Below, in pieces: positions 17,628 through 26,394 of a stretch of 64,000 nt of DNA. Position 1 is the stretch's first letter. Each line of letters opens with the position of its first letter. The DNA comes from an uncultured Pseudomonadota bacterium (lineage in GTDB: Bacteria > Bdellovibrionota_B > Oligoflexia > Oligoflexales > CAIYRB01). Under the pieces are notes generated by a model. That model was not told where the DNA came from. It saw only the letters and a list, made by a program, of their open reading frames with translations, and ran no database searches. The stretch spans positions 1,915 to 65,914 of the forward strand of contig CAIWTN010000090.1 of assembly GCA_903915625.1 (NCBI GenBank), given 5' to 3'. A program made the position numbers and the translations under genes.

Positions 17628-18167
17628 TCAATCTTTAATCGCATCAGCAAGAAGTTGCAGAGCCGACTCGGCAGCAGTGCGACGAATGGCCGCTCGGTCA
17701 CCACTAAGAGTCAGCCTTGTGGCCACTTCACCAAAAGGGGAAGCTATGCCACAATATACCGTACCGACTGGTTTATCTGGGCTACCTCCGTCGGGTCCGG
17801 CAATGCCGGTAAGGGCCACAGCATAGGTGGCGCCTAGTCTGTCGCGAACTCCGGCTGCCATGGCGCGTGCTACTTCAGCACTTACGGCACCGAACTTTTC
17901 CAGGTCAGAGGGATCTACTCCGAGCATGCTAATCTTGACACCGTTTGCATAGGCACTAATGCCACCAACAAAAACAGCCGAACTACCCGGTAACTCCGTG
18001 AGCATGGTAGCCACCAAACCCCCAGTGCAACTCTCTGCAGTAGCAACCGTTGCACCCCGTGACTGAAGTTTTCTCAGGATGTTCCGAAGTACCTCTGCGA
18101 CCGCGATGTGATATGAAATAGTTTTGTCGTCCACAATGTTACTCCGAAAGCCTACTGTTAACCCCAA
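17628..18167 (-). CDS. pncC: CinA C-terminal domain / NMN amidohydrolase PncC-like
   Basis: Motifs TAESCTGGLVA and LTGIAGPDGG. The start is uncertain: TTG 18167 or GTG 18134. Confidence 0.8.
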   Translation of the reverse strand: MGLTVGFRSNIVDDKTISYHIAVAEVLRNILRKLQSRGATVATAESCTGGLVATMLTELPGSSAVFVGGISAYANGVKISMLGVDPSDLEKFGAVSAEVARAMAAGVRDRLGATYAVALTGIAGPDGGSPDKPVGTVYCGIASPFGEVATRLTLSGDRAAIRRTAAESALQLLADAIKD

Positions 18168-18232
18168 GTTACCCCTAGTGACGTGACGTTCAAAGTAAAT
18201 TAGCGTTACTAACTTGGATGATAGGAGAAAAG

Positions 18233-19921
18233 ATGAGCCTTCGATTTATTAAACCGACATCTCAGCCAGCCAAAGGCACCTTAGATTTTTCCGCATGGAA
18301 TGGTCTAGCGGACTTACTAGAGCAGTCGTGCCATAAATACGGTGACTCAACGGCTCTCACTTGTATGGGTACAGATCTAAGCTTTCGACAATTTGACCGA
18401 CTTGCAGATCAGTTAGCGTCTTACTTTCAAAATGAGCTCGGGCTAAAAAAGGGTGATCGCCTAGCGATCATGCTGCCCAATATCATGCAGTTCCCAATTA
18501 CATTTTTTGCTGCCCTGAAAATTGGGGTCATTTGCGTCAACACCAACCCCCTATACACTCCCCGCGAAATGCGCCACCAATTCAAAGATAGCGGCGCAAC
18601 AGCCATCGTCATCCTCGACATGGTGGCAAAAAATCTCGAGGAAATTCTCGGTGACACCGATATTAAGCACATCATCGTGACGTCGATCGGCGACCAGCTA
18701 CCAACTTGGAAGGGCACTCTAGTAAATACAGTGCTCAAGCTTAAAGGTCAGGTGCCTAAGTTGGGCTTTGACTTCGTCTCGTTCAAAACAGCACTTTCCC
18801 TTGGTGGAAAGTCTAAACATACCCGCCCAGCCATCGACAACGAAGATATCGCAATCCTCCAGTACACCGGTGGTACTACCGGAGTGTCAAAAGGGGCCAT
18901 GCTGTTACATCGCAACGTACTGGCTAATGTTGTGCAGATTCAGACCCTTGCTAGTGAAGTGGTCACGGAAGGCGGCGAATATGTACTTACTGCGCTGCCG
19001 CTCTATCATATCTTCGCACTTTCCGTGAACTTCCTGGCCTTCCTAACCATGGGCCAGCGAATGATACTCGTACCTAAGCCGGTGCCCATCAAAAATTTAA
19101 TGAAAGTCATGCGCAAGTATCCAATCTCAGTCATGACCGGGGTCAACACCCTTTTCAACGCCATGTTGAATGACGAGGAATTCATCAAAAATCCGCCCAA
19201 ACATCTTAAAATTGCCCTGGGTGGCGGTATGGCAGTGCAAGAAGCGGTCAATAAAAAGTGGGCTAAACTCACCGGCCTTCCCATTGTCGAAGGCTTTGGC
19301 CTAACCGAGGCCTCACCGGTAACTCACGTAAACCCACTTAAGAAGGAGCTAATTAAAATCGGCTCCATAGGCCATACCGTGGCTGGCACTGAAGCAAAAA
19401 TTATGAACGAGCAGGGCGAAGAGGTTGCTCTTGGCGAAATCGGCGAACTCGTCGTACGTGGCCCACAAGTGATGGCCGGCTACTGGCAGCGACCTGACGA
19501 AACCGCCAAGGTCATTCGTAACGGCTGGTTATGGACCGGTGACATCGCTAAACGTGATGGCAATGGCTACTTCTATATCGTCGACCGCAAGAAAGACATG
19601 ATTCTAGTTTCTGGTTTCAATGTATATCCAAATGAAATCGAAGAAGTGTTGATGTCGCATCCGAAAGTGCTGGAAGCCGCGGTAGTGGGCGTACCCGATG
19701 CGAATTCTGGCGAAGCGGTAAAAGCTTTTGTCGTAGCTAAGGACAAATCGCTAACCGCAGACGAGCTCAAAGCACACTGCCAAAAACAGCTAACCGGCTA
19801 CAAGCGTCCACATCACTTTGAATTTCGCGACGAACTTCCGAAAACAAATGTCGGTAAAATCCTCAGACGCAAACTAAGGGATGATCCGCCACCACCAGCT
19901 AAGCAAGTATCTAACGCCTAA
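18233..19921 (+). CDS. fadD: Long-chain-fatty-acid--CoA ligase
   Basis: AMP-binding signature LQYTGGTTGVSKGAMLLHRN, plus GWLWTGDIAKRDGNGYFYIVDRKKD and a C-terminal GKILRR. ATG 18233 has an AGGAG SD; the ORF track starts at 18218. Confidence 0.88.
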   Translation: MSLRFIKPTSQPAKGTLDFSAWNGLADLLEQSCHKYGDSTALTCMGTDLSFRQFDRLADQLASYFQNELGLKKGDRLAIMLPNIMQFPITFFAALKIGVICVNTNPLYTPREMRHQFKDSGATAIVILDMVAKNLEEILGDTDIKHIIVTSIGDQLPTWKGTLVNTVLKLKGQVPKLGFDFVSFKTALSLGGKSKHTRPAIDNEDIAILQYTGGTTGVSKGAMLLHRNVLANVVQIQTLASEVVTEGGEYVLTALPLYHIFALSVNFLAFLTMGQRMILVPKPVPIKNLMKVMRKYPISVMTGVNTLFNAMLNDEEFIKNPPKHLKIALGGGMAVQEAVNKKWAKLTGLPIVEGFGLTEASPVTHVNPLKKELIKIGSIGHTVAGTEAKIMNEQGEEVALGEIGELVVRGPQVMAGYWQRPDETAKVIRNGWLWTGDIAKRDGNGYFYIVDRKKDMILVSGFNVYPNEIEEVLMSHPKVLEAAVVGVPDANSGEAVKAFVVAKDKSLTADELKAHCQKQLTGYKRPHHFEFRDELPKTNVGKILRRKLRDDPPPPAKQVSNA

Positions 19922-19955
19922 GAATTAGCTGCCGATACTTTGCATAACTACTAAG

Positions 19956-19984
19956 CTCGCCCAGCAATTGCCTTGCTGGGCGAG
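19956..19984 (+). terminator. 12-bp perfect-stem hairpin after fadD, with no U-tract
   Basis: CTCGCCCAGCAA-ttgcc-TTGCTGGGCGAG lies 35 nt after the fadD stop. No T-run follows. Confidence 0.35.
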
Positions 19985-20057
19985 GCCTCCTAATGCCTCA
20001 CAATGCTGCTATCATAGATCGTGATCACCTAAACTTGATAACGATACGAGAGAGCAT

Positions 20058-20621
20058 TTGGCTTATCTGCTGTTAACTATGGCACGCCTGGCCCTGGCAA
20101 CATTTGCCTCGGCACAGGCCGCAACCTTTGGCATTGGCACAACAGCCGGTGTCATGCAGCAACCGACTAGCCACTACTACCATGCGACTTACGGGCTGGA
20201 AGCTACCACTGGCACTGAATCAGAGAGATTTCTCCTACGTGCCTCCTACGTCGAGCGCCCCGAATTTAGTGCCGATGGTTACGCAGACAAAGACTATGGA
20301 TGGTTCGGCCAGATTGGCAGCAAGCTGACAAAAAAGGCCAACCAAGGACTTTATGCCTTCATCGGCGGCGGTCGCATGGCTGGGTATACAAAGCTCACAA
20401 CATCAAATGCTTCGGCGGCAAATACAGCCGACAGCAAAGTTGCGAGCAACTATATTCAAAGCGGCGTGAGCGCATCTATCGACTATGCCTTTCGCTGGGG
20501 CAAATTCGATCTAGCTGCCGGACACCAAGTATTTATCGGTGTAGTCGATCGCACACAGCTTCAAGGCTACGTAGCTTGGCCCTATACTTTTTTTCACATC
20601 AGGGCCGGGGCTGCATGGTGA
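20058..20621 (+). CDS. Hypothetical small outer-membrane beta-barrel-like protein
   Basis: Signal-like N-terminus ending ...ATFASAQA-ATF, alternating Gly/aromatic-rich sequence, and an aromatic C-terminus (AAW). The start is TTG 20058 or ATG 20079. Confidence 0.5.
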   Translation: MAYLLLTMARLALATFASAQAATFGIGTTAGVMQQPTSHYYHATYGLEATTGTESERFLLRASYVERPEFSADGYADKDYGWFGQIGSKLTKKANQGLYAFIGGGRMAGYTKLTTSNASAANTADSKVASNYIQSGVSASIDYAFRWGKFDLAAGHQVFIGVVDRTQLQGYVAWPYTFFHIRAGAAW

Positions 20622-21106
20622 AGGTAAGAATCACATTCCTTCTACTGCTAGCGTGCCTCTGCAGTGCTTCTGCATCTGCGGCAGAAAATCGCTATACCCT
20701 GACAGCGCAGTACGAATCTCTCGCGCCTAACGCCGGTGGGCAAATCGCTTACGGCCTACGCCTCGCCAATAACAACTGGGAGGGGGGCATTTTTAGTAAC
20801 CAGTATCTTACCGCGGGTGGCTTACCGCTGTCTGGTGCCGTCTTTGATCGCCGCTTCGCCATTTGCGACGACTCGTGCTGGTGGCAATTTTTTGTGCAAG
20901 TTGGGGGCGGATTCTCCAATGCCGGGCCACTTGCCGAAGTCACGTGGGCGACGATCATCCCACTACTCCCGATATGGCTCCCCACTAGCGCACCCAAATA
21001 CTATCCTGCACTTCGCATAGACATCACCTCGCATATCATCTTTAGCCGCTATCGGGGCATCGCCTGGAGTTATCCTTTATGGGTCGGCGTCTCAATTCCA
21101 TTCTAG
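20615..21106 (+). CDS. Hypothetical small outer-membrane beta-barrel-like protein
   Basis: ORF track 20300..21106 trimmed to ATG 20615, which overlaps the upstream stop. It has the signal peptide MVKVRITFLLLLACLCSASASA-AEN and ends in VGVSIPF, an OMP-like C-terminal Phe. Confidence 0.5.
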   Translation: MVKVRITFLLLLACLCSASASAAENRYTLTAQYESLAPNAGGQIAYGLRLANNNWEGGIFSNQYLTAGGLPLSGAVFDRRFAICDDSCWWQFFVQVGGGFSNAGPLAEVTWATIIPLLPIWLPTSAPKYYPALRIDITSHIIFSRYRGIAWSYPLWVGVSIPF

Positions 21107-21867
21107 TCACGTCATTAAATCTGCTGATTTGGGCGGCCAGTGCACAGGCCTATCCAACGCCTGTGGATTTCAGCGGCAAATTGCTACGCTGGAATATTGA
21201 TAAAAACAGCCCGGCCATCACTTATGCAATCGATGCTGAAAATCCAGAGGACGCGGTTTACTACCAAGATGCCGTCGCACAAGCAGCCCAGCTGTGGAGC
21301 GAGGTACCGGGAAGTTACTTTAAATTCGAATCGGTAAGTTTGGACCAAGCGCCACAAGTGACTATTTATTTGCGCAGCAGTCTTAGCGATGTTCGGGAGA
21401 CTGCGGGCTATACAATGTTTGACGAATACGAGGGTGATACGCCCAAACATTGTTCCATTTACGTGATGGTTGACCGCGCCACGTCAGACTACTGGATGGG
21501 AAAAATCTTTCTGCATGAGTTGGGTCATGCGGTCGGTCTTGGACACAGCCTCGTGCCGGAAGCCATCATGAGTTACAGCCTAGATGCTAATGGCTTTTCA
21601 TTGGATCTAGACGACTATGCTGCAGCCGCTCACAGTTATCCTGCTAACGGAGATAAGCCACGCCTACCGTTGGGCTGCTCTGTGCGCTCCGATGCAGGCC
21701 AGGTCAGCAGCAGTAATTTTCTGATTCTGCTGCTATTAGTCCCAGTCTTTTTCAGCCTATGGCCAGCATGCGGTCGATCGCTTTCTTCGCGCGCAGTCGC
21801 ACGTCTTCGGGCACAACCACCTCGTAGCGCAGCTCCTGCAAACACGCCAGAGTGTCCTCTAAAGTAA
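21079..21867 (+). CDS. Secreted matrixin-like zinc metalloprotease (metzincin) with a C-terminal hydrophobic anchor
   Basis: Signal peptide ending ...AASAQA-YPT, zinc motif HELGHAVGLGH (HExxHxxGxxH) and Met-turn AIMSY. The C-terminus is GCSV...[19 protein letters not shown] followed by an Arg-rich tail. Confidence 0.75.
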   Translation: MGRRLNSILVTSLNLLIWAASAQAYPTPVDFSGKLLRWNIDKNSPAITYAIDAENPEDAVYYQDAVAQAAQLWSEVPGSYFKFESVSLDQAPQVTIYLRSSLSDVRETAGYTMFDEYEGDTPKHCSIYVMVDRATSDYWMGKIFLHELGHAVGLGHSLVPEAIMSYSLDANGFSLDLDDYAAAAHSYPANGDKPRLPLGCSVRSDAGQVSSSNFLILLLLVPVFFSLWPACGRSLSSRAVARLRAQPPRSAAPANTPECPLK

Positions 21868-22816
21868 TCTGCGCCATGTGTGGACACCGCACGCTACACA
21901 GCCGCAATACTTCACGATCAGGATGTGCCGCGATAATGTTATCGCCCATGGCACATTCGGTGAGCAGCAAATAGCGCGGAGCCTTAACAGTCTCCACATA
22001 TTTAATCATGGCCGACGTGCTGCCAGCGAAATCAGCTGCCGCAGTAACTTCTGGGCTGCATTCCGGATGCGCCAGTACTACGACATCAGGAAATTGACGA
22101 CGTACCCGCTCGATGTCCCCGACAGTAAACTTTTCATGGACCTCACATTTGCCATGCCAGCCGACGAACACCTTGTCGATGGCAGTCTGACCCTGGGCCA
22201 GTTTGCGCGGATCAGTTTCCGGGAAAATGACGTGCTTACCGGTCTCCCGCGCGACGTTTTGCGCCAGATATTCGTCCGGAATAAAAATGACCGTGTCGGT
22301 TCCAAGTGCTTCCACAACTTTTACGGCATTGCTTGAGGTGCAGCAAACATCCGTCTCCGCCTTAACGTCAGCATAGGAGTTGATATAAGTTACGACCGGA
22401 ACGCCGGGATATTGCGCCTTTAGCCGACGCACATCGGCCGCCGTAATACTCTGCGCCAGTGAACAACCAGCTTTTTTCGATGGTATTAAAACTTGCCGAC
22501 TAGGATTGATGATCTTGGCGGTTTCGGCCATGAATTCAACGCCGCAAAACACAAGCACATCAGCCTGGGTGGTCGCCGCCTTCCGACAGAGCTCCAGCGA
22601 GTCGCCGGTGAAGTCCGCTACCGTATGGTAAAGAGCCGGCTCCATATAATTATGGCCAAGAATGATCGCGTTACGCTCACGCTTTAACTTGTTGATCTCG
22701 ACAACAAGCTTGGCCTTCTCGCGGAGCTCAAACTCCGGCACGATCTTCGCCATCATCGAGTGCATGCGCTCGTAGGTAGCTTGATAGGTGGCGGTAGATT
22801 CCATCATTTTTTCCAT
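21752..22816 (-). CDS. nadA: Quinolinate synthase
   Basis: 354 aa. Has ILGHNYM, and its length and Cys pattern fit the NadA family. It overlaps the protease gene's 3' end by 116 nt. Confidence 0.9.
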   Translation of the reverse strand: MEKMMESTATYQATYERMHSMMAKIVPEFELREKAKLVVEINKLKRERNAIILGHNYMEPALYHTVADFTGDSLELCRKAATTQADVLVFCGVEFMAETAKIINPSRQVLIPSKKAGCSLAQSITAADVRRLKAQYPGVPVVTYINSYADVKAETDVCCTSSNAVKVVEALGTDTVIFIPDEYLAQNVARETGKHVIFPETDPRKLAQGQTAIDKVFVGWHGKCEVHEKFTVGDIERVRRQFPDVVVLAHPECSPEVTAAADFAGSTSAMIKYVETVKAPRYLLLTECAMGDNIIAAHPDREVLRLCSVRCPHMAQITLEDTLACLQELRYEVVVPEDVRLRAKKAIDRMLAIG

Positions 22817-22880
22817 CGTGTAGCCTCTGACTGGGTACTTCGGGCACGCTAGCTATAATGCGCTACAAACGGAAAAACAA

Positions 22881-22900
22881 GGGGTGGCCTAGGCCACCCC
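22881..22900 (-). terminator. Rho-independent terminator of flagellin 2
   Basis: 20-nt palindrome GGGGTGGCCTAGGCCACCCC lies 25 nt after the flagellin stop. On the minus strand it is followed by TTGTTTTTCC. Confidence 0.7.
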
Positions 22901-22925
22901 CAATCAATTAACATAATTGATGATT

Positions 22926-23858
22926 TTAACCTCTTAAGAGCTGCAGGACGGCTTCTGGTTGAGCATTGGCTTGGGTCATCACGGAGAGAGCGGCACTGGA
23001 GAGGATACGACCTTGGGTCAATTTCGCGGTTTCCGAAGCGTAATCCACATCGCGGATACGGCTTTGAGCGGCGGCCATATTCTCACTAGCGATGTCGATG
23101 TTGTTGATCGTACTGTTTAAACGCGACTGCACTGAACCAAGGGTTGCTCGGTAGGAGGCAATCGAGTTTTGCGCTGTATCGAGGCGGTTAAATAAAGTCG
23201 CCGTATCTCCGTCAGGTCCAAGATCCTGCGCCCCAATAGTGGCTGTCGGATCAGGCATGATTGACATGGCCTTATCGCGAACCTGATCGATAGCTTCCTT
23301 CAAAGACCCCAGCTCGTCTAACTTAATGGTCAGAACATCTGGATCGTTATCTTTGTCGATCGAGGGCAGATTACCAGCAGCATCGCGGCCACGGTTCGAT
23401 GCTCCGACGAAGATTTGAATCGGCTTATCGCCTTCTCCTGGGGTGAGCACCTTGGTGCCATTGAACTCGGTGGAATCGATGATCCGTCCAACCTCGTCAC
23501 GCAGCTGAGTAAATTCTTTATCCAAAAAGGTTCGTTCGCGTGGTCCCAACGTGTCGGAAGCAGCCTGCGTCGCAAGTTCACGCATCCGAATCATGATGTT
23601 AGACACTTCGTTAAGGCCACCCTCGGCAACCTCGATATAGGAAATGCCATCGCTGGCGTTTCGCTTCGCGACCCCCAAGCTCGACATGGTGCCCCGCAAG
23701 CGCTCGCTCACGGCGAGACCGGCGGCATCATCGGCGGATTTGTTAATCCGCAAACCTGAAGACAATCTTTCGAGAGACTGACTCAGCGCACCACGTTGTT
23801 CACTTAATCGCCTTTGCGACACCAAAGAATCGACGTTAGTCCTTACTCTTAATCCCAT
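22926..23858 (-). CDS. fliC: Flagellin (paralogue 2)
   Basis: MGLRVRTNVDSL...INKSADDAAGLAV...ETAKLTQGRILSSAALSVMTQANAQP. I prefer ATG 23858 (AGGGAG SD 8 nt upstream) over the ORF-track start at 23888. Confidence 0.92.
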   Translation of the reverse strand: MGLRVRTNVDSLVSQRRLSEQRGALSQSLERLSSGLRINKSADDAAGLAVSERLRGTMSSLGVAKRNASDGISYIEVAEGGLNEVSNIMIRMRELATQAASDTLGPRERTFLDKEFTQLRDEVGRIIDSTEFNGTKVLTPGEGDKPIQIFVGASNRGRDAAGNLPSIDKDNDPDVLTIKLDELGSLKEAIDQVRDKAMSIMPDPTATIGAQDLGPDGDTATLFNRLDTAQNSIASYRATLGSVQSRLNSTINNIDIASENMAAAQSRIRDVDYASETAKLTQGRILSSAALSVMTQANAQPEAVLQLLRG

Positions 23859-23909
23859 GACTACACTCCCTGTTATTGGACACGGCAAACCATTCGCCGT
23901 GAAACGCGA

Positions 23910-23936
23910 AAATTGTCGTTACCTGCTGAAACTTAG
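23910..23936 (-). promoter_or_regulatory. Weak candidate sigma-28 promoter for flagellin 2
   Basis: The minus strand reads CTAAGTTT-N11-GACAATTT. The -35 half is good (6/8) and the -10 half is poor (4/8). It begins 3 nt after the flagellin 3 stop. Confidence 0.25.
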
Positions 23937-23938
23937 GA

Positions 23939-24814
23939 TCAACGAAGTAGCTGGAGAGCCATTTCTGGAGCAGCATTGGCCTGGCTCAGGACGGAAACGT
24001 TGGCTTGCGTCATGATCTTGGCCTGGGTCAGGCTGGCGGTCTCGGCGGCGTAGTCTACGTCTCTGATGCGACTCATCGCTAACTGCTGATTTTCCATAGA
24101 CACGCCGAGGTTACCGATAGCGCTGCCGAGGCGATTTTGAACCGCACCGAGAGTGGCGCGTTCGCTTGCCATCCTGCCGAGGGCATCATCGATTGTGGTC
24201 AATTTCTCGGCGATCTCGCTGCGGCTAAGGGGGGCATCACCACCTTGAGAACCAATTTCAGTGCCTTTACCTAAGCCCAGAGTGCTTGAATTAAATTTGA
24301 TCCCCTCAAGGTCGATCGTGATGGTGTCCGAATTCGCTTCTGGAGCGGTACCGCGGGTGCCGATCTGGACCACGAATTGGGCCAAGCCCCCGTCCGGTGC
24401 AAACATTTTGCGACCGTTAAACTCGGTGGAATTGCCGATCCGATCCATCTCGTCGACCAGTTGGGTATACTCGCGGTTAAGGAAGCTGCGTTCCTTATCA
24501 CCGATCGTGTCACTCGCTGATTGCACGGTTAGCTCGCGCAAGCGGATGAGGATGTTGGTCATCTCATTCATGCCACCTTCAGCAACCTGAACCATTGACA
24601 CGGCGTCGTTGGCATTCCGCTTGGCCACATTTAGCCCACGCAGCTGACCTCTGAGATTCTCGCTGATGGCTAGTCCTGCGGCGTCGTCAGACGACTTGTT
24701 GATCCTGTAGCCAGATGCCAAGCGCTCTAAGCTGGAGTTCATTTCACCGTTGTTACGTTCCATGAAGCGCTGAGCAACCAAACTGTTTACGTTCGTACGG
24801 ATTCGCATTCCCAT
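23939..24814 (-). CDS. fliC: Flagellin (paralogue 3)
   Basis: 291 aa. MGMRIRTNVNSLVAQR...INKSSDDAAGLAI...ETASLTQAKIMTQANVSVLSQANAAP. AAGGAGGA SD. Confidence 0.92.
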   Translation of the reverse strand: MGMRIRTNVNSLVAQRFMERNNGEMNSSLERLASGYRINKSSDDAAGLAISENLRGQLRGLNVAKRNANDAVSMVQVAEGGMNEMTNILIRLRELTVQSASDTIGDKERSFLNREYTQLVDEMDRIGNSTEFNGRKMFAPDGGLAQFVVQIGTRGTAPEANSDTITIDLEGIKFNSSTLGLGKGTEIGSQGGDAPLSRSEIAEKLTTIDDALGRMASERATLGAVQNRLGSAIGNLGVSMENQQLAMSRIRDVDYAAETASLTQAKIMTQANVSVLSQANAAPEMALQLLR

Positions 24815-24894
24815 CTCAGTATCCTCCTTGATATGTTGATGCAGGTCATAACCCTATGACCTGCTGCGAGTTCCGCCTGGAACTTGCACAGTTA

Positions 24895-24921
24895 CCAACG
24901 GCGTCTGCTCAAAATTCTTTA
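24895..24921 (-). promoter_or_regulatory. Sigma-28 (FliA)-type promoter for flagellin 3
   Basis: The minus strand reads TAAAGAAT-N11-GCCGTTGG, against the consensus TAAAGTTT-N11-GCCGATAA, with the exact spacer. It predicts a 5' UTR of about 70 nt. Confidence 0.5.
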
Positions 24922-24982
24922 ATTTTTTGGTCAACGCACAAAAAACGCCGGGTATGCGGCAATCATTGAGGGGTTAGCTAAT

Positions 24983-26365
24983 TTGGCTAATTTTTCCTGG
25001 GACTTAGGCGGTTGGCTGGAAGTTGAAAAAGAGCTTCTTTCCGAACGATTTCAGGGTGTTGTGGTGTCGATCTCGGGAGGCCTTGATTCGACAGCGTTAT
25101 TACAGGCAATTTGGCACTTACACCAAACTCAAAAAAATTTTCGCCTTGCCGCATTTCACTGCGCCTACGGCTTGCGTGGGAGTGAGTCTGTCGACGATTT
25201 GAATTTTTGCAAAACACTCGCCGAAGAACGGGATATTCCCTTTATTTACCGCGAGATCACCCCTGAAGAACGGCTCTGCCGCAGCGGCGAGGGCGTCCAA
25301 GAGTGGGCGCGCCGCATCCGGCAGGAGGAATTTCAACGCTTGGCGCGTCAGGGATGGATCGTCGCTTTGGCGCATCACCGCGATGATCTTGCCGAAAATG
25401 TGCTAATGCGCCTTGCTCGGGGCTCCGGCCCGGGTAACTTGCTGGGAATGCAGGCTTGGTCGACCCCTTATTGGCGCCCCCTACTTAAATATCCGAAAGA
25501 GGCGCTGCGTGAACGGCTGCAAGCCGAAGGCCTAAGCTATAGAGAAGACAGCAGCAATCTGGGCGATGCCTACAGTAGAAACATCATTCGTCACCGGATT
25601 TTACCGGAACTTGAAGCCCTTTATCCCGGAGCCGCTGCGCGACTTGTGGCCTGCGCAGAGGATGCCAGAGACCTTACGGGCTCTGTAACCGAAGTACTGG
25701 AGACCAAAGGAGTTGCGCCCCATATACCACCGGGTGCCGCGCCGGGCATAGCGCGTCATGCCGTTGCCCAGCACATAAAAGCTGAGTTACCCGGGCACAG
25801 GCAACTTTCTCGACGCCTTCTCGATGCAGCAATTTCTGGTCACGCCCCGGAACTTCCAGGCGCGAGTAAAACGCGCCTAAGCAAGGACCTGTGCCTTGAA
25901 ACCTTTGGCGACAGCGCCAAAGACCACAGGCAACTCCAGCATCAAAGAGGCCTTAGCGGGCCCGATCTGTCTGCGATCCTTGAGCCAAGCTCTTATGCTT
26001 ATCTAACCAGCCAAGAGGGACTATACGTCTTGCGCACCCCCGAGGCGACTTCTGAGGCCGAAGCAGCCTCTGCGAATCTAGAAATACAAACCGTGTCATC
26101 TCGCCAAGGCCTGAAATTCCCAGGTGTCGAGGGTAAAATTAGCGTGAAAAACCTAATGCAGCGTTGGGCCGTGCCGGTTAAGCTGCGAGCCAAGTGTCGC
26201 GTTTTACAAAACAACAGTGTGACGGTCGGCCTGTTTGATGGGCAAAAATTGCACGTGCCAAATCACCATGGCCAAAAAACCGGGTGCAGCCAATTGGACG
26301 TCAATCTGCGATACTTAAAGAACGGCGATTGTGATCGCCCCTGGAATCTTATTAGACCCGAATAA
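24983..26365 (+). CDS. tilS: tRNA(Ile)-lysidine synthase
   Basis: PP-loop SISGGLDSTALL. The 460-aa length and the position upstream of ftsH fit. The TTG start is uncertain. Confidence 0.8.
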   Translation: MANFSWDLGGWLEVEKELLSERFQGVVVSISGGLDSTALLQAIWHLHQTQKNFRLAAFHCAYGLRGSESVDDLNFCKTLAEERDIPFIYREITPEERLCRSGEGVQEWARRIRQEEFQRLARQGWIVALAHHRDDLAENVLMRLARGSGPGNLLGMQAWSTPYWRPLLKYPKEALRERLQAEGLSYREDSSNLGDAYSRNIIRHRILPELEALYPGAAARLVACAEDARDLTGSVTEVLETKGVAPHIPPGAAPGIARHAVAQHIKAELPGHRQLSRRLLDAAISGHAPELPGASKTRLSKDLCLETFGDSAKDHRQLQHQRGLSGPDLSAILEPSSYAYLTSQEGLYVLRTPEATSEAEAASANLEIQTVSSRQGLKFPGVEGKISVKNLMQRWAVPVKLRAKCRVLQNNSVTVGLFDGQKLHVPNHHGQKTGCSQLDVNLRYLKNGDCDRPWNLIRPE

Positions 26366-26394
26366 ATATTGGCGCTGGTATCAAGGAGCTGTAG

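Noticed and set aside
20300-20614. 105-codon N-terminal extension of ORF 20300..21106 overlapping the upstream gene in another frame
   Set aside because: The extension is Arg/Ser/Cys-rich nonsense-like sequence. A clean signal peptide starts at ATG 20615, exactly at the upstream stop.
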